Assembly: GCA_022616535.1 (NCBI GenBank)
Contig: JAKEEM010000016.1
Coordinates: forward strand, 1,683-65,682
DNA from: Chlorobiota bacterium
Lineage (GTDB): Bacteria; Bacteroidota; Ignavibacteria; Tepidaquicellales; OLB5
Length of the DNA stretch: 64,000 bases
Reading direction: 5' to 3'
The notes under the pieces were generated by a model that was not told where the DNA came from, made no database searches, and worked only from the letters and a program-made list of their open reading frames with translations. The translations under genes were made by a program, and so were the position numbers. Of the stretch, positions 56,647 through 64,000 are shown piece by piece (the stretch's first letter is position 1; every line of letters begins with the position of its first letter).

Positions 56647-56820
56647 ATGGATGAAATGAATGTTGAAATGAATGTTGAAATGAATGTTGAAATGAATAAG
56701 CAGCGGGAAACCAATGAAATATATTCGGAATTTGATGAAACCGATGAAAATGAAAAATTATACAAATGGTTAGCCATAGGAACCGGAATTATTTGGATTT
56801 TATCAATAGTTCTTTTCTGA
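56647..56820 (+). CDS. small acidic protein with C-terminal TM anchor (57 aa)
   Basis: MDEMNVEMNVEMNVEMNKQRETNEIYSEFDETDENEKLYKWLAIGTGIIWILSIVLF*. Confidence 0.6.
   Translation: MDEMNVEMNVEMNVEMNKQRETNEIYSEFDETDENEKLYKWLAIGTGIIWILSIVLF
56653..56697 (+). repeat. 12-bp tandem repeat GAAATGAATGTT x3.75 (EMNV)
   Basis: Exact copies at 56653, 56665 and 56677, partial copy at 56689. Confidence 0.92.
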
Positions 56821-56842
56821 AATTTTGAACTCAAATATCGTT

Positions 56843-56998
56843 ATGAAACTATGGGCAATTTTTACAGTGCTTATTGTACTGTGGATTTTAAGTGTTGTAG
56901 CACTGGCTGATACACTCGGAGGGTATATTGTAATCTTACTTATACTTGTAATGGTTTATATTTTAGTCAGGGTAATCAAGTCAAATAGGCCAATTTAA
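56843..56998 (+). CDS. lmo0937-family (DUF5670-like) small membrane protein
   Basis: MKLWAIFTVLIVLWILSVVALADTLGGYIVILLILVMVYILVRVIKSNRPI* fits the LW...LW...GG.I..LL...R pattern. Confidence 0.75.
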   Translation: MKLWAIFTVLIVLWILSVVALADTLGGYIVILLILVMVYILVRVIKSNRPI

Positions 56999-57007
56999 AT
57001 TAAAACT

Positions 57008-57496
57008 ATGAAAGAAGATATTTTTAAAAAGGAAGCGTTTGTTCACTACAAATATTTTATAAATCTGGCTCAAAAGATGACGCAGAACCCGCTTGATGCG
57101 GAAGATTTGGTTCAGGACACATACATCAGAGCCTACAAGTTTTTTGATACATTTGAGCCGGGCTCCAACTGCAAGGCATGGATATTTAAAATCATGAAAA
57201 ATTTGTTTATCAACTACAGCATAAAGAAAAAATCCCGCCCTTTAATCAGCCTTGAAAGCACAAACATCCAGACAGGAGTCTGGTATGATGACCCCCGCGT
57301 TACGCGGTATGAATTATTAAAATTAATGGAGAAAATTAAGGATGAATACCGGGCTGTAATAATATTGTACCATCTCGAAGATTATTCCCTTTTGGAAATT
57401 TCAAAAGCTTTAAACTGGCCGCTTGGAACGGTTAAAAGCCGCCTACACAGGGCAAGAAGAGAGTTTAAAAAAATCCTGCTGAAATCTCAAATTTAA
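57008..57496 (+). CDS. ECF sigma factor
   Basis: DAEDLVQDTYIRAY, KAWIFKI and EIS...GTVKSRLHRAR motifs. Confidence 0.92.
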   Translation: MKEDIFKKEAFVHYKYFINLAQKMTQNPLDAEDLVQDTYIRAYKFFDTFEPGSNCKAWIFKIMKNLFINYSIKKKSRPLISLESTNIQTGVWYDDPRVTRYELLKLMEKIKDEYRAVIILYHLEDYSLLEISKALNWPLGTVKSRLHRARREFKKILLKSQI

Positions 57497-57525
57497 CATT
57501 TTACCTGAAAGGAGGCTGTTTTTCA

Positions 57526-57843
57526 ATGAATACACTGAATAATCAGCTGTTCATAGAAGGAGAAAACAATCAGCTGTTCGTTTATGTTTATCTTCAGGAA
57601 TTAACAAAACGGTCAGCCTCTAAAATACTTGACCATTATGTTGAGTCATTTAAAAACCTGGATTTTGAAAAAATTTATGTTTCCTTCTGGAGCAGAGGTA
57701 TTTCGGGCGAGCATTTAAGCAAATTCCTCAAAACAAGCGACAAGGTTATCGCCAGAATGCTGAAGGGAATCAGGCACATAGAAACCTGCTTCGATTTTAA
57801 AAAAAATTTGAAGGTAATTAACAGGACAAGGAAAATTAATTAA
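57526..57843 (+). CDS. hypothetical protein
   Basis: 105 aa with AGGAGG RBS; no TM or zinc anti-sigma motif seen. Confidence 0.6.
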   Translation: MNTLNNQLFIEGENNQLFVYVYLQELTKRSASKILDHYVESFKNLDFEKIYVSFWSRGISGEHLSKFLKTSDKVIARMLKGIRHIETCFDFKKNLKVINRTRKIN

Positions 57844-57910
57844 TTATTGTCATTTATGTCATATAGTTTTTTTTATTTTAGTGAATTAACGAAGTTTTCA
57901 AAATCAATTC

Positions 57911-57925
57911 TGGCACAGTAATTGT
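57911..57925 (+). promoter_or_regulatory. second sigma54-type -24/-12 promoter (variant TTGT)
   Basis: TGGCAC-AGTAA-TTGT, with GG-N10-GT spacing; TGTCATTTATGTCATATA at 57848-57865 upstream. Confidence 0.65.
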
Positions 57926-57961
57926 GTTTAAAGCAATAAGATTTGTAAAAATAACCAAGTT

Positions 57962-58195
57962 ATGGGAAAATGCCTAAAATGCGGAAATGAATATGATAAG
58001 TCATTTGATATAATTATGAGCGGCAGAACATATACATTCGATAGTTTTGAATGTGCAGTAAGCGAGCTTGCGCCAAAATGCAAGAGATGCGGATGCACCG
58101 TTATCGGGCACGGAATGGAGGAGAACGGAATTATTTACTGCTGCGCAAGCTGCGCATATGATGATGGGAAAACCGGATTTGAAGACAGGATATGA
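57962..58195 (+). CDS. Cys-rich small protein (prokaryotic metallothionein-like)
   Basis: C..CGNEYDKSF...TFDSFECA...LAP.C..CGC..IGHG.E....YCC..CA; 9 Cys in 77 aa. Confidence 0.82.
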   Translation: MGKCLKCGNEYDKSFDIIMSGRTYTFDSFECAVSELAPKCKRCGCTVIGHGMEENGIIYCCASCAYDDGKTGFEDRI

Positions 58196-58266
58196 AAATC
58201 ATATGATATGAAAATAATATGAAAAAAAATTTTTAAACTGTTATTTCAAAAAAAATTAATTAAATA

Positions 58267-58404
58267 ATGACCAGCTTAAAATCTTTAATTACGCTGTTTC
58301 TTTATTCCATAGGTATTTTATATGTTCTGTTCGGAACAACACAATATTTTTTTGGGTTATACGGTTTGGTGATAAAGATAGGTGAACTGTTAAGTAAAAG
58401 TTAA
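58267..58404 (+). CDS. small hydrophobic protein (45 aa)
   Basis: MTSLKSLITLFLYSIGILYVLFGTTQYFFGLYGLVIKIGELLSKS*. Confidence 0.45.
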   Translation: MTSLKSLITLFLYSIGILYVLFGTTQYFFGLYGLVIKIGELLSKS

Positions 58405-58441
58405 AAATAATATCAATAATATCTTAGAGGAGGATTAAAAA

Positions 58442-58987
58442 ATGAAAAAACTGGGCGTTTTAATTTTGTTCATGGCTCTCTTATCAGCGGATAATGTTTC
58501 TTCTCAGATAAGGGAAGGCGACAATTTATTCGGAGGTTCACTTGGTTTCTGGCCGACCGGGGAAGTTCCTACATTCGGTATAAACTTTGGGTCCAACATT
58601 ACTCAGGCGGGTATCGGAACCGTTGGTCTGGGCGGAATATTCAGGTATTATTCCTATTCATTTGTTTACGGCAACGGTGATTCGAGAAGGTATTCGTTTT
58701 CATCGCTCGGTTTTCAGACTAATTACAACTTTAACCAAATCGGCAACGGGAGATTCGTTCCATATCTCGGTGTTGTTATTGGTTATAATTATGTAAATAC
58801 AACTTATACCGATGTTTCAAGAAATGCTGTATATATAACAGATGTTACATACCGCAGCGGTGCATGGCTGTGGGGCCAGGCGGGCTTCAGATATTTCTTC
58901 AGCCCGAGCGTCGCGGGCTCAGTGAGAGCTGGTTTCGGAAATCATGACTTTAATACATTTGAGCTTGGTATGGATTTTAAATTGTAA
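58442..58987 (+). CDS. small outer-membrane beta-barrel protein
   Basis: Signal peptide, alternating aromatic/Gly strands, FVPYLG and terminal FELGMDFKL; GAGGAGG RBS. Confidence 0.8.
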   Translation: MKKLGVLILFMALLSADNVSSQIREGDNLFGGSLGFWPTGEVPTFGINFGSNITQAGIGTVGLGGIFRYYSYSFVYGNGDSRRYSFSSLGFQTNYNFNQIGNGRFVPYLGVVIGYNYVNTTYTDVSRNAVYITDVTYRSGAWLWGQAGFRYFFSPSVAGSVRAGFGNHDFNTFELGMDFKL

Positions 58988-59032
58988 ATTTAAAGACTGT
59001 AAATTTTTAAAAGAAGGAGCGAAGGCATCATC

Positions 59033-60763
59033 ATGTTTAGTTTAAAAAACATTAAATTAACGTCCCCTTTAATTGCGCTGGTTTTTGTTCTCGGGTTCGG
59101 TCCCTGTTCAGAAAATGATTTACCTGATAATTACAGAGGAGTTAACCTCGCTGAATTGGAGGATGTGAGCGAAACTGACTTTGCAGAAAGTGACGAGGAT
59201 ATTTTAACTGTCGACTATAAGGAATTTTACGATGAACTGGCTCCCCATGGGGAGTGGATTGAAGTTACCGATAAAGATGTCGGCTTGGATTTAAAAAAGG
59301 GTTCAGCTTCGGGAGAAAATTCCGCACACAGAACAATCGGATTTTCACAGCTTTTCGGTGTTGAGGAAGCATACGCAGACGATGTAAGCTTCGGAGCATT
59401 TTTTGTATGGAGGCCGTCACCGAACCTCGCAGTTTCAGTAGTTGCAGGGGAACCGGCATATATACCTTACACAGCCGGAAGATGGGTATATACAGATTTA
59501 GGCTGGTATTATATGGCTCCTACTCCATATGAGGAGATTGTCCACCACTACGGAAGGTGGGTTTACTCGCCTACCCTGGGATGGATTTGGGTTCCGGGCA
59601 GAGTATGGGCTCCCGCGTGGGTTGAATGGAGAGTTCACGCCGGGTTTATTGCGTGGACACCGATACCCCCAAGCGTTTATATTGTCAATAGTGTTGTTAT
59701 AATTCCACCGGTCTATCCCGTTTATACCGAAAGGTATGTTATTGTCGAGGACAGGTATTTTTGTGAACCGACTATATACAAGTACATCTACAAGGGCAAA
59801 GATAAAATTGTTATTAACCAGTGGAGCAGAATCGACGGCTTAACAGTGGTAAATAAAACGTTAATTAATAAAGGTCCTGATGTCATTGCTATCGAAAAGC
59901 ACTGGGGCAAAATTGATATGGTGAAAATTAACAAGATTAAGGATAAAGGAAGCATTAAATACTCGGAAAAAGAATTTAAGGTTTATTCACCGGACTTCAA
60001 GAAAGTTAAATCAGGTGATAAAATTAAAAATTTAGATAGAACAGTTAATAAGCCTAGGGATTTTGCGAAATTTGAAAAAACAGATTTCAGTGGAAAAGAT
60101 AAATCGTTTGAAAGAGAGAAAAGAGCGGGGAAAGACAATCTGAAAAACAATGAACAGAGAAAGGGCGATAATATAAAAAGCAACGACCGAAACAAGGGCA
60201 GTGAAAAAAACTATGACCGAAGAAGCAAAAACGATGAGGAACTCTCAAAAGGAAAAAACAGGCAGGATGGCAACAGAAACATAAAAAAAATGCGTAAAGA
60301 AAGAGGTAATGACAGAAATAAAGGAAATGATAATAATTACAAGGATAACAGGAAAAACACGGATAAGAACAAAAGTGACAGGAACAAAGGCGAAAGAAAA
60401 TTCGAGAAAGAAAGAAAAAGCAAGGATATGAAGTATGATAACCAGAGAAGGGAAAAAAATGATAAGCAGAAGTTTGATAAACAAAGAAATGATAACAAGA
60501 AATTCAGAAATAACCAGAGCGGCAACGAAAAAAATAAAAGAGATGTAAGATTCGACAGCAGGAAAAACAATGAGAATAAAACCGACGGCAATAAAAAATT
60601 CATAAACGAGAGAAACAGAAATGATAAAAAAAATGAGACCGTAAGAAAAAACAACGATAAAACGTATAACGACAAAACCTATAATAATGAAAAAAGCACA
60701 AGGGATAAAAGAAACAGTACTGGGGATAAAGAAAAAGGCAATAGTAACCGGAAAAAAAGGTAA
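59033..60763 (+). CDS. DUF6600-like lipoprotein with long charged low-complexity tail
   Basis: Putative lipobox FGPC; FYDELAPHGEW, PYTAGRWVYT, HHYGRW and WAPAWVEW motifs; K/N/D/R/E-rich C-terminal ~220 aa. Confidence 0.75.
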   Translation: MFSLKNIKLTSPLIALVFVLGFGPCSENDLPDNYRGVNLAELEDVSETDFAESDEDILTVDYKEFYDELAPHGEWIEVTDKDVGLDLKKGSASGENSAHRTIGFSQLFGVEEAYADDVSFGAFFVWRPSPNLAVSVVAGEPAYIPYTAGRWVYTDLGWYYMAPTPYEEIVHHYGRWVYSPTLGWIWVPGRVWAPAWVEWRVHAGFIAWTPIPPSVYIVNSVVIIPPVYPVYTERYVIVEDRYFCEPTIYKYIYKGKDKIVINQWSRIDGLTVVNKTLINKGPDVIAIEKHWGKIDMVKINKIKDKGSIKYSEKEFKVYSPDFKKVKSGDKIKNLDRTVNKPRDFAKFEKTDFSGKDKSFEREKRAGKDNLKNNEQRKGDNIKSNDRNKGSEKNYDRRSKNDEELSKGKNRQDGNRNIKKMRKERGNDRNKGNDNNYKDNRKNTDKNKSDRNKGERKFEKERKSKDMKYDNQRREKNDKQKFDKQRNDNKKFRNNQSGNEKNKRDVRFDSRKNNENKTDGNKKFINERNRNDKKNETVRKNNDKTYNDKTYNNEKSTRDKRNSTGDKEKGNSNRKKR

Positions 60764-60817
60764 AATTAAAATACTTACCGGGGATAATAGTGCGCAAAAT
60801 AAAAGAAAGGAATTATT

Positions 60818-61516
60818 ATGAGACTGTTTAAATCAAAAATGAAATTATTTATAATTCCCTTAACAGCCTTGCTCTTAATATTATCTTTCAGCGGCTGCGG
60901 CGAAGATGTTGCTACACCGCAGGAAAACGTTGATTTCAGCTATCAGGGCTCAGGTGACTCAACCGGTGACATGATAGACATTCTAGATTTGAATGAAGTA
61001 AAAATTCTAATTAAGGACATAAAACTTAATGTTGCCTCAAGCAGCGAAGATTCGGTAAATTTTAAAGTCGGCCCGTATGTTCTAGTGTTGAATTTAAAAT
61101 CCGAAGTTAATTTGGTTACAAGCGCTTACATACCTCCGGGCAATTATGATAAGGTAAGGTTTATGGTTCATAAACTTGGTGATAATGAAACACCACCTGA
61201 CCCGGATTTCGCGGACGCAAACGGAAGATACTCGGTTGTAGCAAAAGGCACTTTTAACGGAATCGATTTTGTATTTAAATCGGATAAATCAGCGCACCAA
61301 AAGCTAACATTTCCGGCTTCACTTTTTGTCACTGCATCTGGCAAGTCAAACATTACACTTCAAGTTAAGCCGTATATCTGGTTTATCAAAAACGGTCTTT
61401 ATTTAGACCCAATGAATCCGATTAACACGGCTGATATAGATAATAATATCAAAGACAATATCAACGGCAACTTCAAAATTTTCGTAGATAACGACAGAAA
61501 CGGCAAACCTGATTAA
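60818..61516 (+). CDS. lipoprotein (DUF4382-like)
   Basis: Lipobox FSGC; IPPGNYDKVRF motif. Confidence 0.65.
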   Translation: MRLFKSKMKLFIIPLTALLLILSFSGCGEDVATPQENVDFSYQGSGDSTGDMIDILDLNEVKILIKDIKLNVASSSEDSVNFKVGPYVLVLNLKSEVNLVTSAYIPPGNYDKVRFMVHKLGDNETPPDPDFADANGRYSVVAKGTFNGIDFVFKSDKSAHQKLTFPASLFVTASGKSNITLQVKPYIWFIKNGLYLDPMNPINTADIDNNIKDNINGNFKIFVDNDRNGKPD

Positions 61517-61543
61517 AATTGAAATCCCATACAGCCTGTACAT

Positions 61544-61580
61544 AAAATAAAGCCTGAGCTTGAAATTCAGGCTTTATTTT
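61544..61580. terminator. bidirectional rho-independent terminator
   Basis: AAAATAAAGCCTGA-N9-TCAGGCTTTATTTT (14-bp stem) between convergent genes. Confidence 0.85.
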
Positions 61581-61716
61581 GATTGGGTGAAGTTTTAAAT
61601 GTTTTGTAGTTGAATCCCTCAAAACGCACCCGCCCATCTCCATCAGCAGCAATCCGCAGAAAACCCTCCTTGTCCTGTAATATACAGCTAACCGATAATG
61701 CAGGCAAGCCCTTTGG
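61567..61716 (-). pseudogene. remnant of a two-component-regulator propeller (Reg_prop) repeat
   Basis: PKGLPALSVSCILQDKEGFLRIAADGDGRVRFEGFNYKTFKTSPNQNKA*, preceded in frame by TAG. Resembles GL..NSV.CI.QD..GFLWIGT.DGL.RFDG. Confidence 0.65.
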
Positions 61717-61748
61717 CTAAGGACCCCTGGGCTAGGAAGTCTTACTTC

Positions 61749-64000
61749 CTAAAACTCCGTTGAAACAATCCCCCTTATAAGGAACTCATCAAAATTATTC
61801 CGCATGTCAAACCAATCGTGATACAAGTTTTTCTCAGCGCGTACTTCTATGTTTATATACCGGTCATATCCTAATCTTGTGCCAAAGTAGAACGTGTTTT
61901 TTTTATTCAAATCCTTTTCATATGCAGTGCTGAAGCCAATAAAACTGTTTGCAATGTCAAATAAAGTATAATCAACGCTGATATCACCGGACAATATCCT
62001 TGAATATTCACCCGGGTACCTCGCAAAACTCATAGAGAATGAACCGGATAAATTAAGCGGAAAGCTGAACCCCAGTGACTGGCTGAATATTAGGTTATGA
62101 ACGCTTACGTTTTCGGTTATTATTGAATCCAGATTGCTGGAAGAATTCATAAAATACGAAATCGATGAAAAGAAATTTACATCCCATTTTTTGTAATTAT
62201 GCCCTGTAAATACGCTTGAGACATAAAATTTGTTGTCAAGCTTATCACTTAAAGATGAAGCATTGTTAGTCATTAATGTCGGCGCAAACATAATATTAAA
62301 GTACGGTAAACCTTTGAGTCTGAAGTTAGCCCCGATGCTGAAACGGGTTACGCTTGTTGTGTATCGTTTCCAGTCGATAAGATTATCCCGGTACCATAAT
62401 AATTCACCTGTCAAGCCGATTTGTTTTTTTGACAGCTTCTGTTCAACCTTCGATTTTATTTCGAGCTTATCAGTTGAAAGGTTCGGCACGCCAAGCGATG
62501 TATAACCCGGTCCAAGCATTCTTACACCGGCTGTTACCTTTGTGGCTGATTTTTCATTGTTAAATATCCCTTTTACAGTGTATGAATAATCAACTGAGCT
62601 TGAGATTTTAGGATGAAACGTATTTTTAACCCAATCCGGGATAGCTTTATTTTCCAAATCCGCATCTCTTGTATCACGCGTAAGCATGGCGCCCGATATT
62701 TCACCCTCAAGCGACAGCTTTTTCCTGAACAGGTCCAGCTTCCCATCAATGCCAAACACGTAGTTCGCCTTTGGCGTTAATATTTGGTTTGATGAATCAA
62801 TTGAAATAGATTTTTCATCATCCTTTGCATACATTCCCGTAAAATAAATGTGCGAACCATCCTTTTGACCGATTCCAAGCCTGCCGATGTATATGCTCCT
62901 TTTGTAAGCCTCATTATCAATCGGCTTTTGATTTTTGAAACCGCCTGCCGCTATATATAATAAGCCGGGGTTAAATTCAACATTCACGCCTGTAAGCGGC
63001 ACTCCTCTAACAGTAAGCTGCGTGTAATCCGGGTATGTTGTCCCAAAACCCAGTGTTCTGAACGACGACATGAACTTTAATAACGGATTAAGTCGCGCCA
63101 TAACCTTTCCTTTTGCATCCGACTCCAGCTTATCTTTTTGCCTTTCAGTTAATTTCGAAACTTCTTTTTTCCCTTTCTCCAGCAGCTTGTCTTTTTCCCT
63201 TTCAACACGTTCCATTATGAAATCGTTAATGACAGATACATCAAGATTCAATCCAACTTGGTTAATATTCTGCCTAGACCCCAAGTTCTCAGATGAAAGC
63301 AGTATTGGCATTGAAAAAGGCAATCCGTAGATGCTGAGAGATGGATTTATCTCCCAATAGCCATACCGGGGTTCCTTATCAGAACCAGTGCCTGAGCGAT
63401 TGGCGTTTTCACCGTAAATCTTGCTATCAAATGCGAACATAAGCGGCTTGCGCTTTGTCTGGCTTTCGGATCCTGTAGAGTTAAAACCATTATCATTAAG
63501 CCCCCAATAACGTTTCATGGTTTTCAGCTTGCTCGCATCACTCGAAATATATTCCACCTCACCTGTTTTGAACTCCCACACTTCGCTTGTTGATAACAGT
63601 ACTCCGTTCACAAATGCTTCCACCTGCCATGCATATTTACCCGTAGAAATTGACCTGGCAGCTACGGGATACTGATAAATTGTGGCTATTAGGTTATCCA
63701 CATTATAATATAGGGGGTTTGACTGCATTGCATCATATCCGGATTGCATTCCATATAATTGTACGACTTTCAGCCTGTATGTTACTCTTTGCCCTGCGCT
63801 CACCGGGTACGGAGGAAGCCATGAAAAATTAATTGGAATATATCCGGAGTTGTTAAGTGTAATTCCTTCATCCCCATCGCTGTTTTTTTTCTCTGCCCCT
63901 CCAATTAAACTTATGTCATGTTCAGGGTAAAGAAGCTCAACCTGCGTCATATTCAACACGTCGGTAGAAATACAATCGCTGCCGAGTTCCATACTGGTTG
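61749..64000 (-). CDS. large outer-membrane protein: Ig/FN3-like domain + beta-barrel (5' end outside the window)
   Basis: Frame is open to the window edge. FSWLPP...YRLKV...YAWQVEA Ig-like segment; Gly/aromatic strands; terminal STEF. Confidence 0.7.
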   Translation of the reverse strand, partial: TSMELGSDCISTDVLNMTQVELLYPEHDISLIGGAEKKNSDGDEGITLNNSGYIPINFSWLPPYPVSAGQRVTYRLKVVQLYGMQSGYDAMQSNPLYYNVDNLIATIYQYPVAARSISTGKYAWQVEAFVNGVLLSTSEVWEFKTGEVEYISSDASKLKTMKRYWGLNDNGFNSTGSESQTKRKPLMFAFDSKIYGENANRSGTGSDKEPRYGYWEINPSLSIYGLPFSMPILLSSENLGSRQNINQVGLNLDVSVINDFIMERVEREKDKLLEKGKKEVSKLTERQKDKLESDAKGKVMARLNPLLKFMSSFRTLGFGTTYPDYTQLTVRGVPLTGVNVEFNPGLLYIAAGGFKNQKPIDNEAYKRSIYIGRLGIGQKDGSHIYFTGMYAKDDEKSISIDSSNQILTPKANYVFGIDGKLDLFRKKLSLEGEISGAMLTRDTRDADLENKAIPDWVKNTFHPKISSSVDYSYTVKGIFNNEKSATKVTAGVRMLGPGYTSLGVPNLSTDKLEIKSKVEQKLSKKQIGLTGELLWYRDNLIDWKRYTTSVTRFSIGANFRLKGLPYFNIMFAPTLMTNNASSLSDKLDNKFYVSSVFTGHNYKKWDVNFFSSISYFMNSSSNLDSIITENVSVHNLIFSQSLGFSFPLNLSGSFSMSFARYPGEYSRILSGDISVDYTLFDIANSFIGFSTAYEKDLNKKNTFYFGTRLGYDRYINIEVRAEKNLYHDWFDMRNNFDEFLIRGIVSTEF

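Noticed and set aside
57538-57579. 15-nt direct repeat encoding NNQLF twice
   Set aside because: Two copies only, in frame; likely a small local duplication with no further support.
59093-59110. GGGTTCGGTCCCTGTTCA as a possible attR copy of the tRNA-Phe 3' end
   Set aside because: Gapped, weak match inside a coding region (GFGPCS); no integrase in the window.
60245-60797. Leu/Phe/Ser-rich minus-strand ORFs resembling membrane proteins
   Set aside because: Mirror of the A-rich low-complexity tail of the DUF6600 gene.

Overview
AT-rich bacterial chromosome segment. The likely source is an Ignavibacteria-like member of the Bacteroidota/Chlorobiota lineage (inference from TAnnTTTG promoter elements, T9SS-type genes and AGGAGG ribosome-binding sites). 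The left half (1-30.7 kb) is mostly housekeeping and envelope: DUF4835/PorD-like gene (partial), thioesterase, ltaE, gyrA, four DinB genes, two VOC genes, a DUF2652 gene, MBL hydrolase, smpB-tyrS-pdaD-thiN, comEC, two PorE-like PD40-OmpA paralogs, an oligopeptide ABC ATPase, a T9SS-tailed M14 peptidase, a C39 peptidase and a metallopeptidase/propeller Omp85. After tRNA-Phe(GAA) comes an accessory-looking stress block: hicB-hicA, ligD-ku-TPR (NHEJ), a large copper cluster (TolC, CusB, three HMA proteins, CopB-type ATPase, CusA), GT4-fusion plus GH130, a CHASE3/PAS/GAF kinase with an NtrC-type activator, and several small proteins plus an ECF sigma. Best leads: (1) a TPR protein directly behind ku carrying a QLDLF sliding-clamp-type motif; (2) two matching sigma54-like promoters (GG-N10-GT) each with a shared upstream TGTCA motif at nearly identical spacing, next to an activator gene frameshifted by a 2-nt loss; (3) a DUF2652 gene flanked by a duplicated 3' end of the neighbouring gene; (4) an octamer array in the gyrA leader; (5) a second frameshift in a poly-T tract. 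No CRISPR array, rRNA, integrase or transposase was seen. Family assignments are from motif recognition only; no database searches were run.
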